Positions 1 through 8,952 of a DNA stretch of 64,000 nucleotides are shown in pieces (the first letter of the stretch is position 1; each line of letters starts with the position of its first letter). The notes beneath the pieces are model-generated. The model worked only from the letters and a program-made list of their open reading frames with translations, was not told where the DNA came from and did not search any database. The position numbers and the translations under genes are program-made. Source of the DNA: a virus; IMG/VR virus record IMGVR_UViG_3300021961_000021; one strand, written 5' to 3'.

Positions 1-223
1 CATAGTGTCCGTTTTCGGTATAGTAACCGTCGCTAATATGTCCACCATTGTCTGCTGCCAGCACGGACAATTCTCGGGACTGTGACACTCTTTCAAGTCG
101 ATCCAGTTCCCAGTAGACTGCAGATAACTTCGTTTGTAGATAGTCTCTCGTCGGGAGATCGTGAATCCTTTTGCGAATTGATTCAACGTCATTCTTGAGT
201 TGTTTCAGTAGGTCAGTTTCCAT
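1..223 (-). CDS. hypothetical protein, 3' truncated by window edge (METDLLKQLKNDVESIRKRIHD...)
   Basis: Manually translated frame open to position 1; ATG overlaps the stop region of the upstream gene. Confidence 0.55.
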   Translation of the reverse strand, partial: METDLLKQLKNDVESIRKRIHDLPTRDYLQTKLSAVYWELDRLERVSQSRELSVLAADNGGHISDGYYTENGHY

Positions 224-788
224 AATAGTGCTCTATGAGTGTATAACGATTGGCATAACCTGTTGGCATTGCATTAAAACTAATTGTGCATCTATTCGAT
301 CCAGGTTCAGTATAATGCTCCAACCAAGATGGAAAGATGATTAGATCTCCTGCCTCTGGTTTATATTCCCACACATCCTCAATGTCTGATAGTACAACTA
401 CACCAGACCTGCCTAGATTAGCAGGATTGAGGAAATATGTTGGACTACAGTCAGTCAGATAATATACACCCGACAGTAGTGAGTTTGGATGATTATGTAT
501 GTGATGTTGCTCATCTGCAGTGGATTTGTTTATCCAAGACAGAGAAGGCATTATTCTATCACAACTGTAATGATATAGTTGTTGATATTCATCCAAGCAC
601 TCCTGTATTTGTGAGAACAATCGTTTGAATACTGGTTCTCTGTGTATATGGTGATTGGTAGATTGTTTCAGATCTCCCACATCATAAGCACAACTATCAG
701 CATAGTCGATTAGAGGTTGTCTATCAACATTCATTTGATGTGTGTATATGTGTGTGGGAAAGATCTCAACTATCTTGCTCATCTTCAC
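213..788 (-). CDS. putative 2OG-Fe(II) oxygenase, TIGR02466-like
   Basis: SWIN...HNHPNSLLSGVYYL...GDLIIFPSWLEHYT...RCTISFN motif set. Confidence 0.85.
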   Translation of the reverse strand: MKMSKIVEIFPTHIYTHQMNVDRQPLIDYADSCAYDVGDLKQSTNHHIHREPVFKRLFSQIQECLDEYQQLYHYSCDRIMPSLSWINKSTADEQHHIHNHPNSLLSGVYYLTDCSPTYFLNPANLGRSGVVVLSDIEDVWEYKPEAGDLIIFPSWLEHYTEPGSNRCTISFNAMPTGYANRYTLIEHYYGN

Positions 789-975
789 CCAGGACTTGAC
801 GACAATACTCCATAATCATATTGGTAAAGTCCTCCTCTTTAAAGTCGTTGAACATTGCCCATCGTGGGTCTGCTGGATCCCACTCAATCGTGAATGATCC
901 ATCCTCATTCTCAACAACACTAATACCATCATTAGGATCAGAATCCTGATCCACTGGTTTTACTTCGTTTTGCAT
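766..975 (-). CDS. hypothetical acidic protein
   Basis: ORF track; packed in operon. Confidence 0.65.
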   Translation of the reverse strand: MQNEVKPVDQDSDPNDGISVVENEDGSFTIEWDPADPRWAMFNDFKEEDFTNMIMEYCRQVLGEDEQDS

Positions 976-1132
976 CGATTACCTCAACAATGTCAATGTG
1001 TTCTTTAAAGTTCCACCAGGCGATGAGAACATCTTCATAATCTTGTAGAATTTTAACACTACCATCAACGCACCATACTTTATACCAGTTGCGTGTATAT
1101 GGTAGATCTGATGTACATTTGAATGAGTTCAT
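938..1132 (-). CDS. hypothetical protein
   Basis: ORF track; ATGA coupling with upstream gene. Confidence 0.6.
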   Translation of the reverse strand: MNSFKCTSDLPYTRNWYKVWCVDGSVKILQDYEDVLIAWWNFKEHIDIVEVIDAKRSKTSGSGF

Positions 1133-1338
1133 TTGAGTTCTTCAAGATCCCAATTAACGTCATCAGGAGGATCTACCCAGAACCAGTAATCTACGTTGTG
1201 TTCAGATGACACAATGATCCTACCATTGTCCTTCTTATGTTCAATCCTAACGTATGGATTGTTATTCATATAGTTGGCAAGGTTTGATCGTGCAAAATCA
1301 CTTTTTGCCGTCACCTTTGCTAGATTTCGTAGAGTCAT
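1129..1338 (-). CDS. hypothetical protein
   Basis: ORF track; operon packing. Confidence 0.65.
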   Translation of the reverse strand: MTLRNLAKVTAKSDFARSNLANYMNNNPYVRIEHKKDNGRIIVSSEHNVDYWFWVDPPDDVNWDLEELK

Positions 1339-1438
1339 AGATTACTGAGAGTAGGATTACTAACCACAACTCTAGCACTGCTAGAATTATGATTTCAACT
1401 GCCGCTGGGGGTAGACCAGTAGTTGCGAATAGAATCAT
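1298..1438 (-). CDS. small single-pass membrane protein (46 aa, MILFATTGLPPAAVEIIILAVLELWLVILLSVIY...)
   Basis: Manual translation; AGGTGA SD-like upstream; fills the gap between neighbouring ORFs. Confidence 0.5.
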   Translation of the reverse strand: MILFATTGLPPAAVEIIILAVLELWLVILLSVIYDSTKSSKGDGKK

Positions 1439-1583
1439 ATTCACCTTGGCGTAGTTTGTCGTATATTGTACCACAATCTACGTCGTGGACCAATTCAATA
1501 TCCCGCTGATCTTTCTTTGTAAGTAGATTCAATGCACTACAGAGTGCGTTAATCTCGTTTTGATTAAGATTCAGATTCATCAA
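1395..1583 (-). CDS. hypothetical protein
   Basis: ORF track. Confidence 0.55.
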   Translation of the reverse strand: MMNLNLNQNEINALCSALNLLTKKDQRDIELVHDVDCGTIYDKLRQGEYDSIRNYWSTPSGS

Positions 1584-1800
1584 CTTGTTCCGTGATGTTG
1601 TTTTGAATTAGATACTCAAGGTCAGAATGTCCCCAAGGTTCCATACCATCCTTTACAGTAGGTTTTACATAGCGAACATTATAGGGAGAATTGAAGAACC
1701 TGCGAAAAGCAGTAACAACAATAACAAATGCCGAAACAACACCAACCAGACCAAGGAAGGTGGTAGCATCGCCAGCGAAAGTGTAAGTGTCAGGATTCAT
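1564..1800 (-). CDS. small membrane protein, cyanophage-type hypothetical
   Basis: One hydrophobic helix FLGLVGVVSAFVIVVTAF. Confidence 0.65.
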   Translation of the reverse strand: MNPDTYTFAGDATTFLGLVGVVSAFVIVVTAFRRFFNSPYNVRYVKPTVKDGMEPWGHSDLEYLIQNNITEQVDESES

Positions 1801-2102
1801 TAGATTACGCGATAACAGACAGTAGCATTACCCTTGCGGGCAGATTCAATGTGAGAAAATGCAGCATATGATAAGTCAATGTCTGCGTGTGAGTAGGGTC
1901 CACGATCATTAACTCTCACAATTACTTGTTTGAGATTATCCTGATTGGTGACCCGTAGTTTAGTGCCCATCGGCAAATATGGGTGAGCAGCAGTCCAGCG
2001 ATACGCATCAAATCGTTCACCGTTTGCTGTACGTTGACCGTGGAAACCGTCACCCATTCCATAGAATGTGGCAATGCCACACATTAGACCAGCAACAATC
2101 AT
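1800..2102 (-). CDS. rlpA: RlpA-like (DPBB) lytic transglycosylase domain protein
   Basis: ATFYG...TANGERFD...TAAHPYLPMGTKLRVTN...VRVNDRGPY...IDLS signature. Confidence 0.9.
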   Translation of the reverse strand: MIVAGLMCGIATFYGMGDGFHGQRTANGERFDAYRWTAAHPYLPMGTKLRVTNQDNLKQVIVRVNDRGPYSHADIDLSYAAFSHIESARKGNATVCYRVI

Positions 2103-2278
2103 ACCTCTTGCAATTTACCGTTTTGAAACTTCAGAAATTCGGGGTTGAAAACATAACGACCCTCAGCAGGACTCCACACAATTTTGTTAGGAGCAGCAGC
2201 AGGAATGTCACGGATAGCGTTAGCGCATTCAGCAACAATCTGATCGAGAGTGTAACGAGCAGGAGCGATGCCGTACAT
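2099..2278 (-). CDS. hypothetical protein (likely start MYGIAP)
   Basis: ORF track; A/C-rich leader precedes the internal ATG at 2278. Confidence 0.55.
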   Translation of the reverse strand: MYGIAPARYTLDQIVAECANAIRDIPAAAPNKIVWSPAEGRYVFNPEFLKFQNGKLQEV

Positions 2279-2319
2279 AGTTTGTCGTTGTTTGTTTGAC
2301 CTTTTAAGTATTGCACCCA

Positions 2320-2463
2320 TCAGGGGAATTGTGGGTGAATAGTGGGCGGTTTGGGAACTGGCACAGTCTCGGGAGGTCGCTGTTCCATCTCTTCTATCAC
2401 GCTGAGAATGTTTGCATAATAAAAACAAATCTCACGATACAAATCGTAGTTGTAATCAGTCAT
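2320..2463 (-). CDS. hypothetical 47-aa protein with Pro-rich tail
   Basis: Manual translation; ATGA overlap with stop at 2460. Confidence 0.45.
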   Translation of the reverse strand: MTDYNYDLYREICFYYANILSVIEEMEQRPPETVPVPKPPTIHPQFP

Positions 2464-2789
2464 CGTTGATTCATAGGGGGTAGCATTTCATTGCCAGGGT
2501 GATCTGCTATCTTAGCAGTATAATGTTTGTTGTACTTAAAGTGCTCATCATTGATCTCAATGTCATCCCAATCATTAGGGTAGACTACCATACAACATTG
2601 CATCTGTTCTCTCCTAGCACCAGGATCTTGAGGATATTCTTTATAGCAAATGCTGATGTAGTCTTCAGAAACAAATGCTATGTAACCATCAAAACCATTG
2701 TATCTTGCTGGTTGCCCAACTTCAAGTGCTTTGAGTATATTTCTAACCTCAAGAGGAATGGATTCAGAGAGAAACAGAGGTGATGTCAT
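2460..2789 (-). CDS. hypothetical protein
   Basis: ORF track; coupled overlaps. Confidence 0.7.
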   Translation of the reverse strand: MTSPLFLSESIPLEVRNILKALEVGQPARYNGFDGYIAFVSEDYISICYKEYPQDPGARREQMQCCMVVYPNDWDDIEINDEHFKYNKHYTAKIADHPGNEMLPPMNQR

Positions 2790-3349
2790 TCTAGATAGAA
2801 CTCCAGTAGGTACACACTTTCATTAGTCTTATTCTCGGTAATGTTCAAACTCATTGATGATGGGTAGATTGAAAGTTGTCCCACATTTGGTTTAAATGAC
2901 CACGAGTTTGAGTTTAGCAGGTTCTCATCGGGGAACACGAACTTGGATGTGACAGTTCTCCAACTGTCATATGGTGATGTCCAGATCATATCACAATTTG
3001 GTTCTTTGAAGAAACAAACACCAGTAAATACTGATGAATATGAACCAATGATCTCAACTTTTTCGTCAGGATCAATCTTCCTGATATAACTTGTCTTGAG
3101 GTTATACTCACCAACGTCATTCTTGAGACCAATAGTTCCAGCGAATTGAGCAAATTGAGTATAAATCAGATTCTCCCAAGAACGATACTCAGTTGCAACC
3201 TGTTCATTAATAGTTCTGTGTTTATCTCGATGATAAATCAACTGGTTACAGTGATGTATAAACCCAGGAGATACATCAATCGTTGTAATGTATAAAGGAA
3301 CACCAAATGCTGGGATTACATCTAGCGAATTAAATTGTATGCGGTTCAT
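2786..3349 (-). CDS. degenerate TIGR02466-like oxygenase-fold protein lacking metal ligands
   Basis: Same layout (FTGVCFF, GQLSIYPS) but no HxH/HxD and no distal His. Confidence 0.6.
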   Translation of the reverse strand: MNRIQFNSLDVIPAFGVPLYITTIDVSPGFIHHCNQLIYHRDKHRTINEQVATEYRSWENLIYTQFAQFAGTIGLKNDVGEYNLKTSYIRKIDPDEKVEIIGSYSSVFTGVCFFKEPNCDMIWTSPYDSWRTVTSKFVFPDENLLNSNSWSFKPNVGQLSIYPSSMSLNITENKTNESVYLLEFYLE

Positions 3350-4020
3350 AACAGTGGAATAATAGAGAATTGATCGTCTGGCAATTCGGGTTCAGTAACA
3401 ATATCAAACCCAAGAGTAATACGGGGACCATCGTACTCTTTATTTACCACAACTCGATGCATACGTTTCCAACCAGGACCAAAGTAAATGTTACCTACTT
3501 CATTCTTGATCTCATATCGTAGATCATCTTCCTTAAATTGGGTAACAGAATCCTTTGGGTCAATACTAACATAACCGTGATAAGGGAAGTGATGATCGTG
3601 CCATCCCAATACCTCATTTGGTTTATGCATATTCATCCAACATTGCATCCACAGTGGTGCATCAGTCTTCAGTTCAGTTCTTACAATAAAACTGATCTCT
3701 TTTAACAGAAACCAGAATAGTGGTGATGGAGATGTGAGATTGAATACGTTATAGAATCTGTATCCAGATAAATCACCAGATCTCATCACATCTTCAAGTG
3801 CTTGCTGATCTTCTGCAGCAGTATCTCTGAACAGTTCTGGTAGTGCACTTAGGGTGAACTTATCAGATTTGAGTGAAGAATCGCAACCAGTGAAAGTATT
3901 CTTAAAGAGACGATATGCTCTTCCCAGTTGTCTCTGCATCTCTACAGATTCATTCTCAACAACTGTTGAACGATGAACTGACCAATCATCACCTCTATGG
4001 ATTTCTCTAAGTTTATACAT
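3346..4020 (-). CDS. putative 2OG-Fe(II) oxygenase
   Basis: WMN...WHDH...GYV...HRV...RITLGFD. Confidence 0.75.
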   Translation of the reverse strand: MYKLREIHRGDDWSVHRSTVVENESVEMQRQLGRAYRLFKNTFTGCDSSLKSDKFTLSALPELFRDTAAEDQQALEDVMRSGDLSGYRFYNVFNLTSPSPLFWFLLKEISFIVRTELKTDAPLWMQCWMNMHKPNEVLGWHDHHFPYHGYVSIDPKDSVTQFKEDDLRYEIKNEVGNIYFGPGWKRMHRVVVNKEYDGPRITLGFDIVTEPELPDDQFSIIPLL

Positions 4021-4651
4021 TTGAATATGCTCTATAAGGATCAGTAAGAGGATTTTTGCTGATATTGATGTTCACAACAGGTCTCCATCCTTTGCTGGGT
4101 GTAGTTGCTGTGTGGAACATATCACCCTTAAATAACACTGCACGACCCTTCTTGGGTGATACAGATTGGCACACAGTGAACTGATCTTTCTCCAGATACT
4201 TCTGGTAGTCATAATCATTTAGTGTACGTTCATTGTAAATGACCGTATCACCATCACTGTCATCCAGATAATATACCACATTCCAAGAATCTGGTACATA
4301 GGAATCAATGTGTGGTAATTGCACCACATTCTGATACATATTTGGCACACAGTTGATACGCATACGCATCAAATGATAGCACTCGATAATATCCATTGCA
4401 GCAAGTGCAAGTGGGACAAATGCATTACACAATGGTGAGATGTTTCCACCTCGATCACTCTCGTACATATAGTGAAAGTTACAGAAACCATTGCGAGGAT
4501 CTTCTTCACGACCTTCCATAATTGCACTATCTTTCCTATGCCAGGTTAGATTCTCATCTTTAACCAAGGTGAGCAACCATTCTTGATATGTACGATTAAT
4601 CAAGTCATCGACAACAACTACATCATCCCACTTACATTTCAAATGATTCAT
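4013..4651 (-). CDS. 2OG-Fe(II) oxygenase
   Basis: PHID, VYYLDDSDGDT, FHTA, distal R. Confidence 0.85.
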   Translation of the reverse strand: MNHLKCKWDDVVVVDDLINRTYQEWLLTLVKDENLTWHRKDSAIMEGREEDPRNGFCNFHYMYESDRGGNISPLCNAFVPLALAAMDIIECYHLMRMRINCVPNMYQNVVQLPHIDSYVPDSWNVVYYLDDSDGDTVIYNERTLNDYDYQKYLEKDQFTVCQSVSPKKGRAVLFKGDMFHTATTPSKGWRPVVNINISKNPLTDPYRAYSNV

Positions 4652-5355
4652 AGCAATTCCTCCATTGCCTCATCGTCTTCATCAATACCTTCACCAGTGT
4701 TTTGTTCACAAGGACCATAATACGGGTTGTGATTCTGATAACTTTGTTCATTTCTTACCAGATCAGATGCTGCTTCCCACGGTGCAGCAAGCATAGGACG
4801 ACCGTCCCACTTTCTGTCGGCATACTTACCTTCTTGCTCAACATATGACACGAAACATTGTATCTGTTCCTTGTCACCTTCGTAGTTAGGACGCCAATGC
4901 AAATCCTCGTGTCCCTTAAAGATAACTGTGTCTCCAGTTTCTAAGAACAATTCAATGGTTTTTCCTTGAACTTCTATAAAGAAGGGCCACTTATATTGCG
5001 GGTCTGCTCTTACACAAATGTTACCTACCCATTCACCACTACTACGATCACGATGTGCAAAGCACTCAGTATTCTTAACGTACAGTCTACCGTATGAGAA
5101 TGTTTGGTGCAGTTTCTTACCAATAAGTTTCTCAATCAGTGGTTGCTGATATTGTCCCAGTGCCTCAAATGGTACAGGACAGTACATACTAAATGCACCA
5201 GGCATTGTAGGATCACCAAGAGGAAGATCTGGATATTGATATTGAACAACATCCTTAATCATATGGTATTCAAGTGCAGTATGCTCACACAATGTCTTTG
5301 GTATCGCATTACGAGCAACCCAGAGTCTTCCTGGGACGAGTTCTTCAAGATTCAT
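4648..5355 (-). CDS. 2OG-Fe(II) oxygenase (prolyl-hydroxylase-like)
   Basis: YGRLY...AHRDR...GDTVIFKG..DLHWR. Confidence 0.8.
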   Translation of the reverse strand: MNLEELVPGRLWVARNAIPKTLCEHTALEYHMIKDVVQYQYPDLPLGDPTMPGAFSMYCPVPFEALGQYQQPLIEKLIGKKLHQTFSYGRLYVKNTECFAHRDRSSGEWVGNICVRADPQYKWPFFIEVQGKTIELFLETGDTVIFKGHEDLHWRPNYEGDKEQIQCFVSYVEQEGKYADRKWDGRPMLAAPWEAASDLVRNEQSYQNHNPYYGPCEQNTGEGIDEDDEAMEELL

Positions 5356-5987
5356 ACAGTTCTTCCAAAAAATAATAGCGTGAGTCTACCAGTAGCAAGA
5401 TCATTTCCGAAGAAATCACCTCCAGAATGATACTTTCTACCATCAAATATGATGCAACGATTATATCTTGCTTCAATAGTAGTGTTAGGAACGAAGTGCT
5501 TGTTACATTCGTCTCTATGCTTATTTAACCTAGATCGTAAAGTAACATCATCAGTTTGCACATTTGTTTGGAACTCTTCTTGGTAATCGACACTATCATC
5601 ATTGATTGGAACATCATACAGTGATGTACCACAACCTTGAGGATATTCTGGATTTAAATATATCAAACCACCAATACCAAAGTCATCATCATCACGGTGA
5701 ATCCACCCAGATTCATAATCACTTGTGCACAGGTGGAATGTTACATCCAGTCGTTCAAAGTGAGACTTATCTGGTAGATACTGAATTAACTTCGATGCTA
5801 AACGTTGATGGAAGTTCCAATCAAGTTCGTGCATCAAAGGTGCTGCTCTTTGCCCTGGCCAATTACCTTTATTCGGGTGATCTTTGCAGGGAAAGTAATT
5901 CAATGTGAGTGCCCAATTTCTTATCACAGACGGTGTTTCAAAGAAATTGTCAACAACTATCGTCGGAATGGGTTGATAAAGGGACAT
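5352..5987 (-). CDS. 2OG-Fe(II) oxygenase-fold protein (DUF6445-like)
   Basis: VVDNFF...WPGQR...GWIHRD...LIYLNP...GTSLY...YNRCIIFDGRKYHS...RLT. Confidence 0.75.
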   Translation of the reverse strand: MSLYQPIPTIVVDNFFETPSVIRNWALTLNYFPCKDHPNKGNWPGQRAAPLMHELDWNFHQRLASKLIQYLPDKSHFERLDVTFHLCTSDYESGWIHRDDDDFGIGGLIYLNPEYPQGCGTSLYDVPINDDSVDYQEEFQTNVQTDDVTLRSRLNKHRDECNKHFVPNTTIEARYNRCIIFDGRKYHSGGDFFGNDLATGRLTLLFFGRTV

Positions 5988-6664
5988 TTTGTAGGACGTT
6001 TTCCAAACATTAACTGCTGTGATAGATGTGGAATCAAATGTTTAAGATTCACACGTTTCTCAAATGTACTTATCTGTTCAAGTGATGGAGTCGATTTAAT
6101 CATATCGAATGACTCGGTGAGATCATTCTCCTTGTAAAATGCAAATCGATAGAGTGGATCACCACGTTTGATTATCACTGGTTTTGTCTTATCTACGACA
6201 TCAAATGCAAATGCACCGAGTCTAGACCAATCAGATAAGTTCCACCAACCACCAACAAGAGTTAGATTGTTGTTGACTGATGTAAGTCCACAGTCCTTCT
6301 GTTCAACCCAGATGTGTTTAGAATCTGTCCACAAATAGAACTTGGGAATGTGTAACTGAAATGTGCCAGTGTTCTGCCAGTTCTGAATAGGTTCAACGTA
6401 ATTGTTGATAGGTACGTTGGTGGATTCAATTCTCTCGTTCTCATAGTCTATGAACAGAGTTATATCTCTTGGAGAATATACTGTGAACTCTCGTTTAGAT
6501 TTGTGTGACCAAGCAGGACACTTATGATACATTATCTCTTTAGGGTCAAATTGTTCATAAAACCGTTTTGGTTCTATACCAATGCCATCCACATTCAGCG
6601 GTGATTGCAGCGCAGGTGGACCTGCAGCACCCTCAAATTGATAATAGTATATCTGGGTAGTCAT
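5957..6664 (-). CDS. hypothetical protein, DUF6065-like
   Basis: KCPAW...SPRD motif and IIKRGDPLY; resembles 8158-8952. Confidence 0.55.
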   Translation of the reverse strand: MTTQIYYYQFEGAAGPPALQSPLNVDGIGIEPKRFYEQFDPKEIMYHKCPAWSHKSKREFTVYSPRDITLFIDYENERIESTNVPINNYVEPIQNWQNTGTFQLHIPKFYLWTDSKHIWVEQKDCGLTSVNNNLTLVGGWWNLSDWSRLGAFAFDVVDKTKPVIIKRGDPLYRFAFYKENDLTESFDMIKSTPSLEQISTFEKRVNLKHLIPHLSQQLMFGKRPTKCPFINPFRR

Positions 6665-6744
6665 TTCTTCTTAAATAAGAATCTAAAGGGACACTTTGGT
6701 TCTGCTTTTGTACCAAAGATCTTTTCTTTAAGTTTCCTGTACAT
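6661..6744 (-). CDS. 27-aa basic micro-protein MYRKLKEKIFGTKAEPKCPFRFLFKKK
   Basis: Manual translation; ATGA-coupled to the 6664 start; fills the intergenic gap. Confidence 0.45.
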   Translation of the reverse strand: MYRKLKEKIFGTKAEPKCPFRFLFKKK

Positions 6745-7270
6745 AATTAAAGTTGATAACAAGACGGTGAGATGATGTAATTGGACAGGATGATGCGTGA
6801 TACGTTAAACCATCAAAGATAACCAATCTACCTTTCTTTGGAGTTACGGTGTCACATACATTTTCATTCTCATCGAAGAAATGTGTATCACCATCACTAT
6901 CATTCACATAATATAGTGCTGTCGTGTGTGGACACTCAGCGTCAATATGTGGCATATTATACCCCAACTTAGTGGGTAGAAGCAACCCACCTTTAGCACG
7001 GAGCAGTCTAAAGTTCCCGTTTCCTACAAAACTGAGAAAAAGGGGAAATGCAAAATCCCAAAACTGTGATTCATATTCTGTTGAAGAATCATAGAACAGA
7101 TGAGCAAACCCAGGTGTTCCACTAGCATTTGGAAACTTACTCTTTAGAGAATCGACGTTCTTGTATGTGACCTCGTTTAGAAACATCCAGGGGAACCGAA
7201 TGTTCGTCATCATTGCCTCAATCTTGTCCTGATAGAGTTCAGGTATTACGTTATCAACAATTTGTATCAT
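6728..7270 (-). CDS. 2OG-Fe(II) oxygenase
   Basis: PHID, LYYVNDSDGDT, YHAS, RLVINFN. Confidence 0.85.
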   Translation of the reverse strand: MIQIVDNVIPELYQDKIEAMMTNIRFPWMFLNEVTYKNVDSLKSKFPNASGTPGFAHLFYDSSTEYESQFWDFAFPLFLSFVGNGNFRLLRAKGGLLLPTKLGYNMPHIDAECPHTTALYYVNDSDGDTHFFDENENVCDTVTPKKGRLVIFDGLTYHASSCPITSSHRLVINFNYVQET

Positions 7271-7850
7271 AATTAATCGTCATACATACTCGATCATCAT
7301 CAATTAAGTTTGCCTGTGTTCTGTGTTTTAACCAACCAGGAAATACTAGAATGTCACCAGTTCTAACCTCTACTTCATTCCACAGATTAAGTTGTGGTTC
7401 ACCAGGAGTTCCCCAACGATGATATTCTAATGGATCTCGATATTCAAAATTACCTGTTCCAGGATTACATTTCAGATAACAAGATACCACCAATGATGTA
7501 CCATTGTGGTAATGTTCTCTCGTGGCACCACCTTTCTTGTGGACATTCACCCAAGATCTGATAGGACTTGGCATACCATTTGGATACCCCCAGTGTGACT
7601 GTATTTCAATCAATTTTGGTTGCAACCACAGTAAAAACTCTTCAAGTATTTCCCAGTGATGTGGTGCCTGATGCTGATTATATGCAGTAGAGATTGCGCT
7701 ACCAGTTTCTAATGCAGAACCAGTTGCCCAGTTGTCTCTAGTATTCTCAATTAGTTTTCCAACGTGTTCTTGTAGAGATTGATTTTCGTAATTGAAATCA
7801 TATCTCAATCTCCACAAGTATGCTGGACTAATATGTAATGGTTCCATCAA
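7254..7850 (-). CDS. putative 2OG-Fe(II) oxygenase, TIGR02466-like
   Basis: SWVN...EHYH...GDILVFPGWLKHRT...RVCMTIN. Confidence 0.85.
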   Translation of the reverse strand: MMEPLHISPAYLWRLRYDFNYENQSLQEHVGKLIENTRDNWATGSALETGSAISTAYNQHQAPHHWEILEEFLLWLQPKLIEIQSHWGYPNGMPSPIRSWVNVHKKGGATREHYHNGTSLVVSCYLKCNPGTGNFEYRDPLEYHRWGTPGEPQLNLWNEVEVRTGDILVFPGWLKHRTQANLIDDDRVCMTINYDTNC

Positions 7851-8161
7851 TCACTTCTGCCGCCGATCACCTCAATTTCTTCAGATGGAGCAACGCCAGT
7901 GACACCAATATCACTCAGAGAAGGAATAGATACATCACCAGATTGCCCAAGAACTTCACTCCTACAGATCAGAAGAGCATCAATAGCACCTTCAAGTTGA
8001 GACTTACGTCTAAATGCTTCACTACGCTTCTCAAACTCAATAGTTGTAACACCATAAGGATTCAGTTTTTTATCACTGAACTCTGTGTCGTACTTTTCAA
8101 TTTCAACTTCAATTTGTTGTTTCTGAAGATAAAAGTTTTGAATCAATTCATCAATAGTCAT
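7847..8161 (-). CDS. hypothetical coiled-coil protein
   Basis: ORF track; ATGA overlaps. Confidence 0.7.
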   Translation of the reverse strand: MTIDELIQNFYLQKQQIEVEIEKYDTEFSDKKLNPYGVTTIEFEKRSEAFRRKSQLEGAIDALLICRSEVLGQSGDVSIPSLSDIGVTGVAPSEEIEVIGGRSD

Positions 8162-8952
8162 TTGTTTTCTCCATTTGTGTGATACTTGATTGCCTGCATT
8201 GCTCGCTTAATTCTGCCCTGAACGTTATCGTGAACCATCCACTCAGAACGAATAGAATAATTAAAAGCGTGTTCTAAATCCCAATCTGCTTCAGTAGCAT
8301 TACCCACAGTAACGTCATACCAATTTCTTTCAAGAACTGAACGAGGCATAGGTATATATTGACATAGAGGAGTACCTGCTTTGATTAATGTACCCTGAGG
8401 ACCAGAATCCATAACGTGCCATAAAAGTTGCACGTTTGCTTGCATAGCAAAGCGAGGATCAAATATACCAGTTACTGCTTGGAATCTTTCCTCATTATTC
8501 CAATGAACGTGTGTCTGAAGAAGAACAAGATCATCAGAAGCACGAACTCTCCAGGGTGTTTCAACCTTCACAATGTGCTTAAGAGTATCTCTAGGACTAT
8601 CAATCAGTGGAATAACTTGCTCTGGAGCGTGATCTGAGATGTAGTTAGACTGTCGAGTGAAAGTGTTAGGTACTTCCCAGTTAAATGATACACCATCACC
8701 ATTGGTAATGATGATAAAGTCCATTGGAGCAACCATTACATAACCCATACGGGCAATCTGTTTGATTCCAGGACAATTTGAACTGTTCTGAGATCCTTGG
8801 AAAGGACAGCGCATATCTTTAACATCTGGTTGCATCCAAGACCTTTTGATCTTGGAGGTTTCCATCACTGGATAACACTCAGCAAGTCCAGGTTCAAGAC
8901 TATGAAACCTCAACCAGGACTTCTTTGGTTTAAATAAGTTCTTCACGAACAT
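8158..8952 (-). CDS. hypothetical protein, DUF6065-like (likely start MFVKN)
   Basis: NCPGI..MGYVMVAPMD and GTLIKAGTPLCQYIP motifs; GAGGA SD before ATG 8952. Confidence 0.6.
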   Translation of the reverse strand: MFVKNLFKPKKSWLRFHSLEPGLAECYPVMETSKIKRSWMQPDVKDMRCPFQGSQNSSNCPGIKQIARMGYVMVAPMDFIIITNGDGVSFNWEVPNTFTRQSNYISDHAPEQVIPLIDSPRDTLKHIVKVETPWRVRASDDLVLLQTHVHWNNEERFQAVTGIFDPRFAMQANVQLLWHVMDSGPQGTLIKAGTPLCQYIPMPRSVLERNWYDVTVGNATEADWDLEHAFNYSIRSEWMVHDNVQGRIKRAMQAIKYHTNGENK

